From contig JAZRVA010000013.1 of assembly GCA_045598865.1 (NCBI GenBank), forward strand, positions 1 through 41,538: DNA of 41,538 bases, written 5' to 3'. Each line of letters opens with the position of its first letter. Position 1 is the stretch's first letter. Origin of the DNA: Clostridia bacterium. Its GTDB lineage: Bacteria; Bacillota; Clostridia; Christensenellales; UBA1242. This document shows, piece after piece, positions 8,516-18,354 of this stretch. The position numbers and the translations under genes were made by a program. The notes under the pieces are model-generated. The model saw only the letters and a program-made list of their open reading frames with translations. It was not told the DNA's origin and did no database searches.

Positions 8516-10420
8516 TTATTTCTCAAATGCTTTTTTTACAAGAGAAATTGTGTTCCCGTTTATTTCGGCGGATTGAGGCCTTGCTGGATTATTTGTTATT
8601 AAACTATACCCATATTGAGAACCTTGATATTGTAACCCTATTTCATTTTCATCACTGGTATAATATATTGTAATATTTCTATTTAAAGAAAATAGCCCAA
8701 AAGATTCATCAACTAAATCTATAGTTATGGGAAAAAGACTATTGTCGACATAGATTTCTGAGAAACTTGTATTTGTTACCGTTAAAGATGCTCCGCTATA
8801 ATAATTTTTAGGGATTACAATTGTGTCAACAGTTTTTGGTATATAATCATAAGAGCAGTAATATACTGGTGTGTTTTTTATTTCATCTGGCATTACAAAA
8901 TATTCTTTTCCATCTTTTTTGTATATGTAATTCTTGTAAATTTTTGAGTCGTAAGAGCAAATGCTTGCGGCAACCACTGGTGAGCTATTTCCATTTGAAC
9001 CTATGCCGTATGTGTAAGTTCTATAATATAAGCCATTATGATAACTATATGCGTGACCGGTCATTTGACTTGATGTTTTGCCAGAAAGTGTAACTGGAAT
9101 AAACAGCGTACACAAAGCATAAATTCCAACAAAAATAAAACTTAGACTAACAGGCAAAACTGTTTGCACGAACACTTTTAGATTATATCTTCTTGTGTGG
9201 ACAATGGAAGTTATAATTGCTGTTATTAACATAAAAAGGTCTAGAAAAATAATTACATAAAACCCTGTTGATGCGATAAGCCATATGGGTTTGTTGCAAA
9301 GCATAATTAAAGTTGATGCCAAAAGAATAAATGGCAAACTTAAAAACAAATTATAGAAAAATCTTTTTGCTTTTTTGTTTTTATTTGTTTGCAAATCTAC
9401 CCAATTTTTGTGTTTTAATTCCTTTAGTTTTTGTTTTCTTATTTTTTCAAACTCTATAAAGTTGTTAATATCATTAAAAGTTTCTATAACATTTTTTTCT
9501 TCTTGCGGTTTGCAAATTCGCTCTACCGCATCACCAATGGCCACTTCAAAACCAATTTTGGAAGCATCTATGCCCTGAATAAATTGGTTGTTAACTTTGG
9601 GCATATCATAAGGGCTCATGCCTTCAAAAACAGGAATAAAACTGCTGTTTGTTAGGTCTTCCTCATTATTTTTAATTCTTTCTATAAATCTGGACCATTC
9701 GTTTCTTACCCATGGGGACTCCACATTTTCCTTTGAAGTGCCCACTAAAATAAAAATTTTGGAAGTGTGAAGTGCTTTAAAAATTATTGGTTCAAACTCG
9801 TTGCCAAGTTTATTTTCTAGTGTTTTTTGGGCAAAGAATACTTTGTAGTTTCGTTTTACAAGTTCATTATAAATTTGGTTTGCCAAAACGGAATCTTTGG
9901 TTGCTTCGCCATTTTTATTTGTTGATTTGTAAGATAAGAATACATCATATGATTCTTCTTTTTCTAACTGCTTTGAAATTGCATTTTGAAGTTTATCTAT
10001 TTCTTTTGATCTAATTTCAATGGATTCTTTTTGTTCTTCATTTGCGAGTTGCAGAAGGGTTTTGTAATATTCATTTTCGGTTATGCTGGTAAAGTGTGCT
10101 CTGTGGCAAGTGGGAATATATCTGCCTGTGTAAGAATCCTTTACATATTCAATGCCGTATTCAGAGAGCAATATGCCTTCATATGCGGAAAGCTCGTTTG
10201 AATCCTTTTCTAAAACTAGTTGATAGGTTTTGATTGCCAAATCGTAATTAAAACTTTCTCTGTATAATCTTGCTGTGTTGAGTAGAGAAATTATTTCTTC
10301 ATTTTGTTTTGGCATGAGCATGGTTGACGAGCAGTGATTACACTTGCAGATGCCGTTTTCCATTGTTTTTACATCACTAGAACCACAACTTTGACACCTG
10401 ATAACTTTTATATTTTTCAT
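8516..10420 (-). CDS. Zn-ribbon / TPR-like / TIR-domain membrane protein with 3 TM helices and a C-terminal extracellular domain
   Basis: CQSCG...CNHC ribbon; helical 'YDLAIKTYQLVLEKDSNELSAYEGILL'; TIR motifs YDVFLSY, YKVFFA, IFKALHTSKIFILVG, SPWVRNEW; three hydrophobic segments. RBS AAAGGA. Confidence 0.88.
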   Translation of the reverse strand: MKNIKVIRCQSCGSSDVKTMENGICKCNHCSSTMLMPKQNEEIISLLNTARLYRESFNYDLAIKTYQLVLEKDSNELSAYEGILLSEYGIEYVKDSYTGRYIPTCHRAHFTSITENEYYKTLLQLANEEQKESIEIRSKEIDKLQNAISKQLEKEESYDVFLSYKSTNKNGEATKDSVLANQIYNELVKRNYKVFFAQKTLENKLGNEFEPIIFKALHTSKIFILVGTSKENVESPWVRNEWSRFIERIKNNEEDLTNSSFIPVFEGMSPYDMPKVNNQFIQGIDASKIGFEVAIGDAVERICKPQEEKNVIETFNDINNFIEFEKIRKQKLKELKHKNWVDLQTNKNKKAKRFFYNLFLSLPFILLASTLIMLCNKPIWLIASTGFYVIIFLDLFMLITAIITSIVHTRRYNLKVFVQTVLPVSLSFIFVGIYALCTLFIPVTLSGKTSSQMTGHAYSYHNGLYYRTYTYGIGSNGNSSPVVAASICSYDSKIYKNYIYKKDGKEYFVMPDEIKNTPVYYCSYDYIPKTVDTIVIPKNYYSGASLTVTNTSFSEIYVDNSLFPITIDLVDESFGLFSLNRNITIYYTSDENEIGLQYQGSQYGYSLITNNPARPQSAEINGNTISLVKKAFEK

Positions 10421-10565
10421 AATATTCCTTTTTATAACTTTATTTTACTAAAAATATTAAAAATTTCAAACAAAAAATTTTGCATAAAAATTTTAAAAAC
10501 AAAAATTAAAAGTAAATATTTTTTTTTAATTTTCAAACAATAGTTGTGTAGGAGAGTTTAACTTT

Positions 10566-11063
10566 ATGAAATGTGGCATGGTTAGAAAGGTTGACGAACT
10601 GGGAAGGGTGGTTATTCCCAAGGAAATTAGAAGAATTTTAAACATAAAAACTGGAAGTAGCATTGAAATGTTTATTGAAAAAGACAATCAAATTGTGCTT
10701 AAAAAGTTTTCGGAAGTTAAGAACATTTTGGATTATACGGAAATTCTTTTGGAGCTAGTGGGGGATTTGGTGGACTGCCCTATTTTTGTTTGTGACGAAG
10801 ATGAAATTATTGGGTGCAAAAACACATCTAAAAAAGATTACATAGGAAGGAAAATAGAAACTGAAAAATTGGAGAATATGGGTGGTAAAATTTTTGATAT
10901 TTTAAACCTAAAAGAATACAAAAAAAGTTTTGTTTTTGGGTTAAAATCTTCTGGTTTTGTTTGTGGATATGTGGTGTTGTGTTGCAAGGAAGACTTGAAA
11001 AAAGATATCATTGAAAACATAGAAATTTTAACAAAGTTTATTAGTAAAATTTTGGAGTATTAA
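10566..11063 (+). CDS. spoVT: Stage V sporulation protein T (AbrB-type DNA-binding domain plus C-terminal GAF-like domain)
   Basis: GMVRKVDELGRVVIPKEIRR N-terminus, 165 aa, followed by a SpoVB/YabM-type flippase as in Bacillota. Confidence 0.85.
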   Translation: MKCGMVRKVDELGRVVIPKEIRRILNIKTGSSIEMFIEKDNQIVLKKFSEVKNILDYTEILLELVGDLVDCPIFVCDEDEIIGCKNTSKKDYIGRKIETEKLENMGGKIFDILNLKEYKKSFVFGLKSSGFVCGYVVLCCKEDLKKDIIENIEILTKFISKILEY

Positions 11064-11064
11064 A

Positions 11065-12660
11065 ATGAAAAAGAACTCCTTTATATTTGGGGCAATTGTT
11101 TTGGGGCTTAGTGGAATTGTGTGCAAAATTTTGGGCGCGTTTTACAAAATTCCACTTGCTAACATTTTGGGCTCACAGGGCATTGGGATTTATTATTTGG
11201 TTTTTCCTGTTTATGCATTTTTGTTAACTTTAACTTCTGCCAGTTTTACAATTGTTATTTCAAAGAGGGTGTCTAAATGCGTGAGCATTGGGGAGAATGA
11301 AAAGGCCCACAGCACGTTTGTTGCTGCATTTTTTTTGTTGTTAATTCTTGGTGTTGTGGCGAGTGTGTTACTGGTTGTGTTTTCAAAAATAATTGCTGGT
11401 TTGCAGGGGGTGGAAACCAGCTTTGTTTGTTATTTGGTTATTGCGCCTGCAATTTTATTTGTGGCAATTTCTAGCGCTTTTAAAGGGTTTTTTCAAGGCT
11501 TGCAAAACATGCTGCCCACTGCAACTTCGCAAATTTTTGAGCAGGTTATAAAATTATTGATTGGCTTTGTTTTGGCAAAAATGCTTATTAAAAACAGTGT
11601 TGTTTTTGGCGTATTTGGGGCGCTTATTGGTGTTACTATTTCTGAGGGGTTGACAAGTGTTTATTTTGTGATTTGGTATTTGATTTTTAAAAAGAAAAAC
11701 AAAGAATATCGAAATTTTAAATTTAAAATAGATAAAACTATTTTTAAAAAAGAGGCAAAAGGAATTTTAAAAGAATCTGTGCCATTTACATTAAGTTCCA
11801 TAATAATGCCAATGTCTTTAATAATAGATAGTTTTTTGGTGATAAATCTGCTTAAAACCATGAATTTTAACAAAGTTTTTGCAACGACACTTTTGGGGTT
11901 AAATTCGGGTGTGGTTAACACATTGGTTGGGTTGCCTTCTACCATTTCGGTTGCCATCTGCGTGGCTATTGTGCCGTATATTGTTTTTGCTTTAAATCAA
12001 AAGGATTATGCTGCTATTTCTCAAAAGGTGGAACTTGCGCTAAGGTTGTGCGCGTTTGTTTCCTTGCCGTGTGTTTTTTTGTTTTTATTTTTTTCAAAAG
12101 ATATTTTGCTTTTGTTATTTTCTCATAGTTTTTCAAGTGTTTATGAACTTGATGTTGCGGCAAACTTACTGAGCATATCTTGCATAAATGTTTTGTATTT
12201 AACATTTGTGCAAATAACAACTTCTCTTTTGCAGGCGGTTAACAGAAGTTATGTGCCGGTTATTAGTTTGTCGGTTTCACTGTTAATAAAAGTTTTTTTT
12301 GAAGTTGTTTTAATTAGTAACCCATACCTTAACATTGCGGGGGCGGTTGTTTCTAATTGTGTTTGTTACTTTTTATCCTGCTGCATTAATATTGTGTTTT
12401 TTAAGAGGGAAGTGGAAATAAAGTTTTCTGTTTACAAAATGGCTGTTTGCCCGCTGGTTGCAAGCATGGTCATGTGTGCAACTATTGTTGTTTGCAAGCA
12501 GATTTTTGTTAATCTTGCTTTTTTGCCACAGTTTTTAGTTTGTTATTTGCTTGGTGCGGTTGCGTTTTTGGCAGCTATGGCGGCGTTGAAATGTTTTTCA
12601 AAGGAAGAGATGGGTTTGCTGTTTAAAACTAGAAAAAATTTTAAAAAACAAGCTGAATAA
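11065..12660 (+). CDS. SpoVB/YabM-type MATE/MurJ-like polysaccharide or lipid II flippase
   Basis: About 14 TM segments; KILGAFYKIPLANILG, GFFQGLQNMLPTATSQIFEQ; immediately after spoVT. Confidence 0.88.
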   Translation: MKKNSFIFGAIVLGLSGIVCKILGAFYKIPLANILGSQGIGIYYLVFPVYAFLLTLTSASFTIVISKRVSKCVSIGENEKAHSTFVAAFFLLLILGVVASVLLVVFSKIIAGLQGVETSFVCYLVIAPAILFVAISSAFKGFFQGLQNMLPTATSQIFEQVIKLLIGFVLAKMLIKNSVVFGVFGALIGVTISEGLTSVYFVIWYLIFKKKNKEYRNFKFKIDKTIFKKEAKGILKESVPFTLSSIIMPMSLIIDSFLVINLLKTMNFNKVFATTLLGLNSGVVNTLVGLPSTISVAICVAIVPYIVFALNQKDYAAISQKVELALRLCAFVSLPCVFLFLFFSKDILLLLFSHSFSSVYELDVAANLLSISCINVLYLTFVQITTSLLQAVNRSYVPVISLSVSLLIKVFFEVVLISNPYLNIAGAVVSNCVCYFLSCCINIVFFKREVEIKFSVYKMAVCPLVASMVMCATIVVCKQIFVNLAFLPQFLVCYLLGAVAFLAAMAALKCFSKEEMGLLFKTRKNFKKQAE

Positions 12661-12689
12661 AAAGCTTGTTTTGTGTAAATATTTCTACT

Positions 12690-12956
12690 ATGAATAAAAA
12701 AGAATTTATTGGGTTGTTGAGTAATAGAACAAATTTAAGTGCTAGCAGATGCAACGCGCTGCTAAGTGAAATTAAGGGGCTTATTGTTGAAAGTTTGAAA
12801 ACTGGGGAAGAAGTTAAATTTGCTGGCTTTGGCAGGTTTTTTGTGAAATACAAAAAAGAGCAAATTTGTTGTTTTAAAAATGGCACAAGGTTGCTGCCTG
12901 CAAAAAACGTTGCAAAATTTACGGCGTCAAAATGTTTTAAAAACATTGTAAGATAA
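12690..12956 (+). CDS. hup: HU/IHF-family DNA-binding protein (divergent)
   Basis: MNKKEFI start, GEEVKFAGFGRF, PAKNVAKFTASKCFK; conserved position in the spoVT cluster. Confidence 0.8.
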   Translation: MNKKEFIGLLSNRTNLSASRCNALLSEIKGLIVESLKTGEEVKFAGFGRFFVKYKKEQICCFKNGTRLLPAKNVAKFTASKCFKNIVR

Positions 12957-12974
12957 CAAAAAAAATGTTAAAAT
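12946..12974 (+). promoter_or_regulatory. Sigma-A promoter of dusB (leaderless)
   Basis: TTGTAA (12946-12951), 17 bp, extended TG-n-TAAAAT (12966-12974). ATG follows 6 nt later with no SD. Confidence 0.65.
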
Positions 12975-12980
12975 TTTTTT

Positions 12981-13919
12981 ATGTTTATTAAAGATGTGGA
13001 AATTAAGAACAATTTGCTTTTAGCGCCCATGGCAGGAATAACTGATGTTGCGTTTAGGACTTTATGCAAAGAAAATGGGGCGGGGTTAACCTGCACAGAG
13101 ATGGTTAGTGTTAAGGGCCTTTTTTACAAGAGCAAAAATACTTTTAAGCTTCTTGAAACCTCAGATATTGAAAAGCCAGCGGCGGTTCAACTTTTTGGGC
13201 ATGAGCCAGAAATATTTGAGAAGGTTTTAAAAAGTGGGTGCTTAGACAAATTTGATATTATAGACATTAACATGGGTTGTCCCGCACCAAAAATTGTAAA
13301 AAACTTTGATGGCAGTGCAATACTAAAAGATTTTGAACTTGCAAGGGCAATAATAAAAACGTGCGTTAATTCTACAACCAAGCCAATTACTGTTAAATTT
13401 AGGAAAGGGTTTGAGAAAAATGACGACTTTTTGATTGAATTTGCAAAATTGTGTGAGGAGTGCGGTGCAAGTGCAATAACCATTCACCCAAGAACGAGGG
13501 CGCAAATGTTCTCTGGGAGTATTGATATTGAAGACATAAAAAAGGTTAAAGAGGCTGTTAAAATCCCCGTTATTGCAAGTGGGGATATTGTGGACAAATC
13601 TTCTTACGAAAAGATTTTAAAAAGCGGCTGTGATGGTGTGATGATTGGTAGGGCAAGCCTTACAAATCCGCAGATATTCAACGAGCTTTTGCTTGGCAAA
13701 AAGCAGAAAACCCAACTTGAAATTGTGAAAAGGCATTTGCAACTTTTAAAGATGTATTACCCAGAGGAGGTTATTGCAAAAAATTTTAAGAAACATGCCC
13801 TTTATTATTTAAGTGGTTTTAAAAATGCAACACAGGCAAAGAGGGAGGTTGTTTTAAAACAAACTTTGCCAGAAATTGAAGAGATTTTGTTTGATTTTTT
13901 TGAAAACGAAAAAGAATAG
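12981..13919 (+). CDS. dusB: tRNA-dihydrouridine synthase DusB
   Basis: LAPMAGITD, TEMVS, VQLFG, DINMGCP, TIHPRT, GVMIGRA. Confidence 0.93.
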   Translation: MFIKDVEIKNNLLLAPMAGITDVAFRTLCKENGAGLTCTEMVSVKGLFYKSKNTFKLLETSDIEKPAAVQLFGHEPEIFEKVLKSGCLDKFDIIDINMGCPAPKIVKNFDGSAILKDFELARAIIKTCVNSTTKPITVKFRKGFEKNDDFLIEFAKLCEECGASAITIHPRTRAQMFSGSIDIEDIKKVKEAVKIPVIASGDIVDKSSYEKILKSGCDGVMIGRASLTNPQIFNELLLGKKQKTQLEIVKRHLQLLKMYYPEEVIAKNFKKHALYYLSGFKNATQAKREVVLKQTLPEIEEILFDFFENEKE

Positions 13920-13923
13920 ATTT

Positions 13924-13952
13924 AAGCAATCACAATAGTGGTTGCTTTTTTT
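13924..13952 (+). terminator. Intrinsic terminator
   Basis: aagcaatcac-aata-gtggttgctt followed by a T tract. Confidence 0.85.
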
Positions 13953-14089
13953 GAAATTTAACTTAATAAAAAAAGAAAACAAAAATTAGAAAGTGGTTAA
14001 AATTTATATACAAATTTTTGTAAAATTGATAAAATACTATGTATTAAAATACATTATTAATAAACAATTGTTTTAAAAGGATATTTATA

Positions 14090-15274
14090 ATGAAAAAGAG
14101 TATAAAAGATATTGATGTTAAAGGTAAAAAGGTTTTGTTAAGGCTTGACCTTAATGTTCCACTTAACAAACAAACTGGTGAGATTTCTGATGATACTAGG
14201 ATTATGGAATCACTTTCTACCATTAACTATTTGTGTGATAATGGTGCAAAGGTTATTATTTGCTCGCACCTTGGCAGGCCAGAAGGTGTTGACAAAAAGT
14301 TTTCTTTAAAGGTTGTGGCAGACAGGCTTGCAAAAATTTTGAAGAATAAGGTTTATTTTAGCACAGACACAGTTGGTGATGATGCAAAGGCAAAGGTTAA
14401 AACATTGGAAGATGGCGAAGTTTTGCTTTTGGAAAACCTAAGATTTGACAAAAGAGAAGAGGAAAATGATGAAAAGTTTTGCAAAGAACTTGCCAAACTT
14501 GCCGACATTTATGTTAACGATGCTTTTGGAACTGCTCACAGAAAACATGCATCTACTTATGGCGTTGCAAAGTTGCTACCAAACGCTGTTGGGTTTTTGA
14601 TGAACAAAGAAATTAAGGTTATAACTGAAATTTTGGAAAATCCAAAAAGACCTTTTGTGGCAATTTTGGGTGGGGCTAAAATTAAAGATAAAATTCCTGT
14701 TATTGAAAATTTGATTAACAAGGCAGATACAATTTTGATTGGTGGCGGCATGGCTTACACTTTTGTGAAGGCACTTGGCGGCGAAGTGGGGAGCTCTCTT
14801 GTTGACGATGAAAAACTTGACCTTGCTAAAAAACTTGTAAAAAAGGCAAAGGATAAAAATATCAACTTTATTTTGCCGGTTGACAACGTTTGCAACAAAG
14901 AATACACAAACGATGGAAAACCTAAAAAGTTTGCTTCAAACAAAATACCAAATGATTATATGGGGCTTGATATTGGGCCAAAAACAGTTAAAATTTTTAA
15001 GAAATACATTAAAAATGCTGGAACAATTGTTTGGAACGGGCCACTTGGTGTTTTTGAATTTTCTAAATTCTGCAAAGGAACAAACAGCATTGCAAAGGCA
15101 ATTGGAAAAACAAAAGCGTTTTCCTTTATTGGCGGGGGAGACAGCGCATCTGCAATAATAAAATCTGGCTATGCAAAGAGGGTAAGCCACATTTCAACAG
15201 GTGGAGGAGCTAGTTTGAATATGCTTGAAGGTAAAATTTTGCCGGGTGTTGACGTTATATCGGAAGTAAAATAA
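14090..15274 (+). CDS. pgk: Phosphoglycerate kinase
   Basis: [53 protein letters not shown]. Confidence 0.98.
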   Translation: MKKSIKDIDVKGKKVLLRLDLNVPLNKQTGEISDDTRIMESLSTINYLCDNGAKVIICSHLGRPEGVDKKFSLKVVADRLAKILKNKVYFSTDTVGDDAKAKVKTLEDGEVLLLENLRFDKREEENDEKFCKELAKLADIYVNDAFGTAHRKHASTYGVAKLLPNAVGFLMNKEIKVITEILENPKRPFVAILGGAKIKDKIPVIENLINKADTILIGGGMAYTFVKALGGEVGSSLVDDEKLDLAKKLVKKAKDKNINFILPVDNVCNKEYTNDGKPKKFASNKIPNDYMGLDIGPKTVKIFKKYIKNAGTIVWNGPLGVFEFSKFCKGTNSIAKAIGKTKAFSFIGGGDSASAIIKSGYAKRVSHISTGGGASLNMLEGKILPGVDVISEVK

Positions 15275-15287
15275 GAAAGGGTAAAAG

Positions 15288-16808
15288 ATGGACAAAAAAC
15301 TAACTGCTTTAATTATCATGGACGGGTTTGGAATTCCAAAAGATTTTGAAAGAAGTGGAATTACACCGGATAACACAAAAAATTTGCAGGAACTTAAAAA
15401 CAAATTTTCTTACACAACAATAAAGGCTAGTGAAGAATATGTGGGGCTTCCTGCTGGTCAAGCGGGAACTAGCGAAGTGGGGCATGCGACTATTGGCAGC
15501 GGAAGGGTTACTTATCAACCACTTGTTAAAATTAACATGGAAATTAAAAGTGGAGATTTCTTTAAAAACGAAGTTTTGTGTGATGCAATAGATTATGCTA
15601 AGCAAAACAAAAAGAAACTTCATTTGATAGGTTTGCCAAGCGATGGCGGAATACATGGACACATTAATCACCTGTTTGCCTTACTTGATTTGTGCAAGCA
15701 GAAAAATTTTGAAGACGTTTATATTCATTTTATTGGTGACGGCAGGGACACTCCACCAAAAAGTGCAAAAAAATATTTGAAACAAATATTCGATTACATT
15801 AACAAAATTGGTGTTGGCAAAGTTGTTTCCTGCGTGGGCAGGTTTTATGCCTTAGACAGGGATAAGAACTTTGACAGAAACAAAATTGCTTACAATGCTT
15901 GGGTTTTGGGTGAAGGCGAAAAGACCAATAATTTTGAATCTGCCATAGACAAACAATATGCAGATGGTGTTACAGACGAGTTTTTAAAACCAATTGTTTT
16001 GCAACAAGATGGACAACCTGTTGGGCTAATAGAAAGCGAAGATTGCGTTATATCTTACAATTTTAGGGCAGACAGGGAAAGGCAACTTGCTTATGTTATG
16101 GTGGAAGATAACGACCTTGATTTTGTTAAAGATTTGAACTTATATTTTGTTACTATGACAGAATATGATGAGCATTTTAAAAAAGTTAAGATTGTTTATA
16201 AAACAGAAAAGCCAACAAACATTTTATCGCAAGTTTTAAGTAAAAATGGTTTGAAGCAAGTTAAGATTGCGGAAACTGAAAAATATGCGCATTTAACTTT
16301 CTTCTTCAATTCTGGCAAGCAAGACACGTATGATTTGGAAGATAGAATTTTGATTAACTCTGAAAAAATGGCAAGCTATGCAAACTTTCCAGAGATGAGT
16401 GCAGAAAAGATTATGCAAAAAGCTTTGGAGTGCATGGATAAATATGGCTTTATTGCAATAAATTTTGCAAATACCGACATGGTTGGTCATAGTGGAGTGA
16501 AGGGTGCTGCAAGAATTGCCACCAGCGTTGTTGACAAATGTGTTAAAACAGTGGTTGATGAAGTTTTAAAAAGAGGTGGTCAGGGGATTGTTACTGCTGA
16601 CCATGGCAATGCAGATATTATGGAAGAAGTTGATGGCACGCCAAACACGGCACACACAACGGCGGAAGTTCCACTTATATTGTTTGACTCTTCTTGCCCA
16701 AAAAGAGATTTAAGAACAGATGGCACTTTGGCCGACATTGCGCCAACACTTCTTAAAATGATGAAAATTGAAGTGCCAAAAGAGATGACAGGCAAAAGTT
16801 TGTTTTAA
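15288..16808 (+). CDS. gpmI: 2,3-bisphosphoglycerate-independent phosphoglycerate mutase
   Basis: IIMDGFG, SEVGH, DGRDTPP, GRFYALDRD, NFRADR, AETEKYAH, DMVGH, TADHGN. Confidence 0.97.
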   Translation: MDKKLTALIIMDGFGIPKDFERSGITPDNTKNLQELKNKFSYTTIKASEEYVGLPAGQAGTSEVGHATIGSGRVTYQPLVKINMEIKSGDFFKNEVLCDAIDYAKQNKKKLHLIGLPSDGGIHGHINHLFALLDLCKQKNFEDVYIHFIGDGRDTPPKSAKKYLKQIFDYINKIGVGKVVSCVGRFYALDRDKNFDRNKIAYNAWVLGEGEKTNNFESAIDKQYADGVTDEFLKPIVLQQDGQPVGLIESEDCVISYNFRADRERQLAYVMVEDNDLDFVKDLNLYFVTMTEYDEHFKKVKIVYKTEKPTNILSQVLSKNGLKQVKIAETEKYAHLTFFFNSGKQDTYDLEDRILINSEKMASYANFPEMSAEKIMQKALECMDKYGFIAINFANTDMVGHSGVKGAARIATSVVDKCVKTVVDEVLKRGGQGIVTADHGNADIMEEVDGTPNTAHTTAEVPLILFDSSCPKRDLRTDGTLADIAPTLLKMMKIEVPKEMTGKSLF

Positions 16809-16840
16809 ATAAATTAAAAACTAAAAAAGGAGTTTTTTAT

Positions 16841-17623
16841 ATGAAAGATAGATATGTTATGGCTAATTTTAAGATGAACAAAACGGATAAGGAAGTGGAA
16901 GAATATTTTGAAGCACTTGTGCCAAATGTTAAAGATTCCAAAACTCAAATTGTTGTGGGGGTTCCGTTTACTTCGCTTAAAACAGCTGTTTGCAAGGCAA
17001 AGGCTAAAAACATTATGGTTGCCGCACAAAACATGAACGAGAATGATAAGGGTGCTTTTACTGGTGAAGTGAGTGCAAGCATGATTTTGGGCACAGGTGC
17101 AGAGGCGGTTATTGTTGGCCACAGCGAGAGAAGGAGCATTTATAACGAAACAGATGAGATTGTTAACAAAAAAATATTAAAGGCTCTTCAAACTGGTTTG
17201 TTCTGCATTTTTTGTGTAGGTGAAACTTTGTATGAAAGAAAAAATCAACTCACAGAGGAAGTTTTAACAAGGCAAGTAACACAGGGGCTAAAATCTATTT
17301 ATGCAAATGAACTTTCAAACATTGTTATTGCATACGAACCTGTTTGGGCAATTGGCACAGGGGTTACTCCTATGGATGTGGAAATTATTGAAACATTGAA
17401 GGTTATTAGAAAAGTTCTTGCATCTATGTATGACGAAAAAATTGCAAACGAGGTTGTTATTGCCTATGGTGGCAGTGTTAATGAACAAAATTGCAAAGAG
17501 ATTTCTAAACTTGAAGGTGTTGATGGAGCGCTTGTTGGTGGTGCATCATTAGACCCACAAAAATTTGAAAAAATTGTGGCAGCATTTGAGCCAAAATGCA
17601 CAAAAAAACCAGCAAAAAAATAA
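16841..17623 (+). CDS. tpiA: Triosephosphate isomerase
   Basis: NFKMN, GAFTGEVS, GHSERR, AYEPVWAIGTG, YGGSV, LVGGASL. Confidence 0.97.
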   Translation: MKDRYVMANFKMNKTDKEVEEYFEALVPNVKDSKTQIVVGVPFTSLKTAVCKAKAKNIMVAAQNMNENDKGAFTGEVSASMILGTGAEAVIVGHSERRSIYNETDEIVNKKILKALQTGLFCIFCVGETLYERKNQLTEEVLTRQVTQGLKSIYANELSNIVIAYEPVWAIGTGVTPMDVEIIETLKVIRKVLASMYDEKIANEVVIAYGGSVNEQNCKEISKLEGVDGALVGGASLDPQKFEKIVAAFEPKCTKKPAKK

Positions 17624-17692
17624 TTGAGTATTGAAATTTTGCCCCATGTATTGTATTATAATTGTGTAATTTAAAAATAAAGGGAAACATGC

Positions 17693-17899
17693 ATGGAAAT
17701 TACAACGAACGAAATTTTTGTGTATTTGAGGCAAAATTTCTTTTATGATTTAAGGTCAAGCATTTTAACACTTTGTGCTGTTATTGCAGTGTTTTATCTT
17801 TTTAAACTTATGAAAGATAAGGGTGACAAAATAAGGATTACATTAAAGTATTTAACTTGCATTATTGTGTGTTTTTCGATATTTGTTTTACTTTATTAA
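17693..17899 (+). CDS. Small 2-TM membrane protein of unknown function
   Basis: Own promoter TTGAAA (17631), 17 bp, TATTAT (17654); AGGGA RBS; two hydrophobic segments. Confidence 0.65.
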   Translation: MEITTNEIFVYLRQNFFYDLRSSILTLCAVIAVFYLFKLMKDKGDKIRITLKYLTCIIVCFSIFVLLY

Positions 17900-17963
17900 A
17901 GTTGATTTTTATTAGTTTATGTGTTAAACTTTGTATTGTTTTTAATAAAAAGGAGTTTATTTG

Positions 17964-18287
17964 ATGTTTAATTTGTTGGCAGATGGTGGTTTAACACCGG
18001 AGTGGATTAGCAAATCTTTTCCTATTATAAAATTTATTTTGCTTGTTTTGATTGTTCTTGCAGCTATTGCTCTTATTGTGGTGGTTTTGATGCAGGAAAC
18101 AGATAATGAAAATGGCGGAAATGCAATTACTGGAATAAAAGACACATATTATTCTCAAAACAAAGGCATGAATAAAGAAGGCAGACTAAAAAAAATAACA
18201 CTTATTCTTTCAATTTTTATTGCCGTTGCTGTTATTGTTTTCTTTGTTCTAACAGAGATATATCCAAAAAGCATTTGGAGTGTTTAA
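17964..18287 (+). CDS. secG: Preprotein translocase subunit SecG
   Basis: TM-VVLMQ...GGNAITG...loop-TM pattern, upstream of rnr-smpB. AGGAG RBS; promoter TTGATT (17902), 17 bp, TAAACT (17925). Confidence 0.9.
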   Translation: MFNLLADGGLTPEWISKSFPIIKFILLVLIVLAAIALIVVVLMQETDNENGGNAITGIKDTYYSQNKGMNKEGRLKKITLILSIFIAVAVIVFFVLTEIYPKSIWSV

Positions 18288-18314
18288 TTAAAACTTAACA
18301 AAGGTTTTAATAAT

Positions 18315-18354
18315 TAAAAAAACATTTTGTTTTTAAAAACAAAATGTTTTTTTA
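18315..18354. terminator. 40-bp perfect AT-rich palindrome, probable terminator after secG
   Basis: taaaaaaacattttgttttt|aaaaacaaaatgttttttta. Confidence 0.6.
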
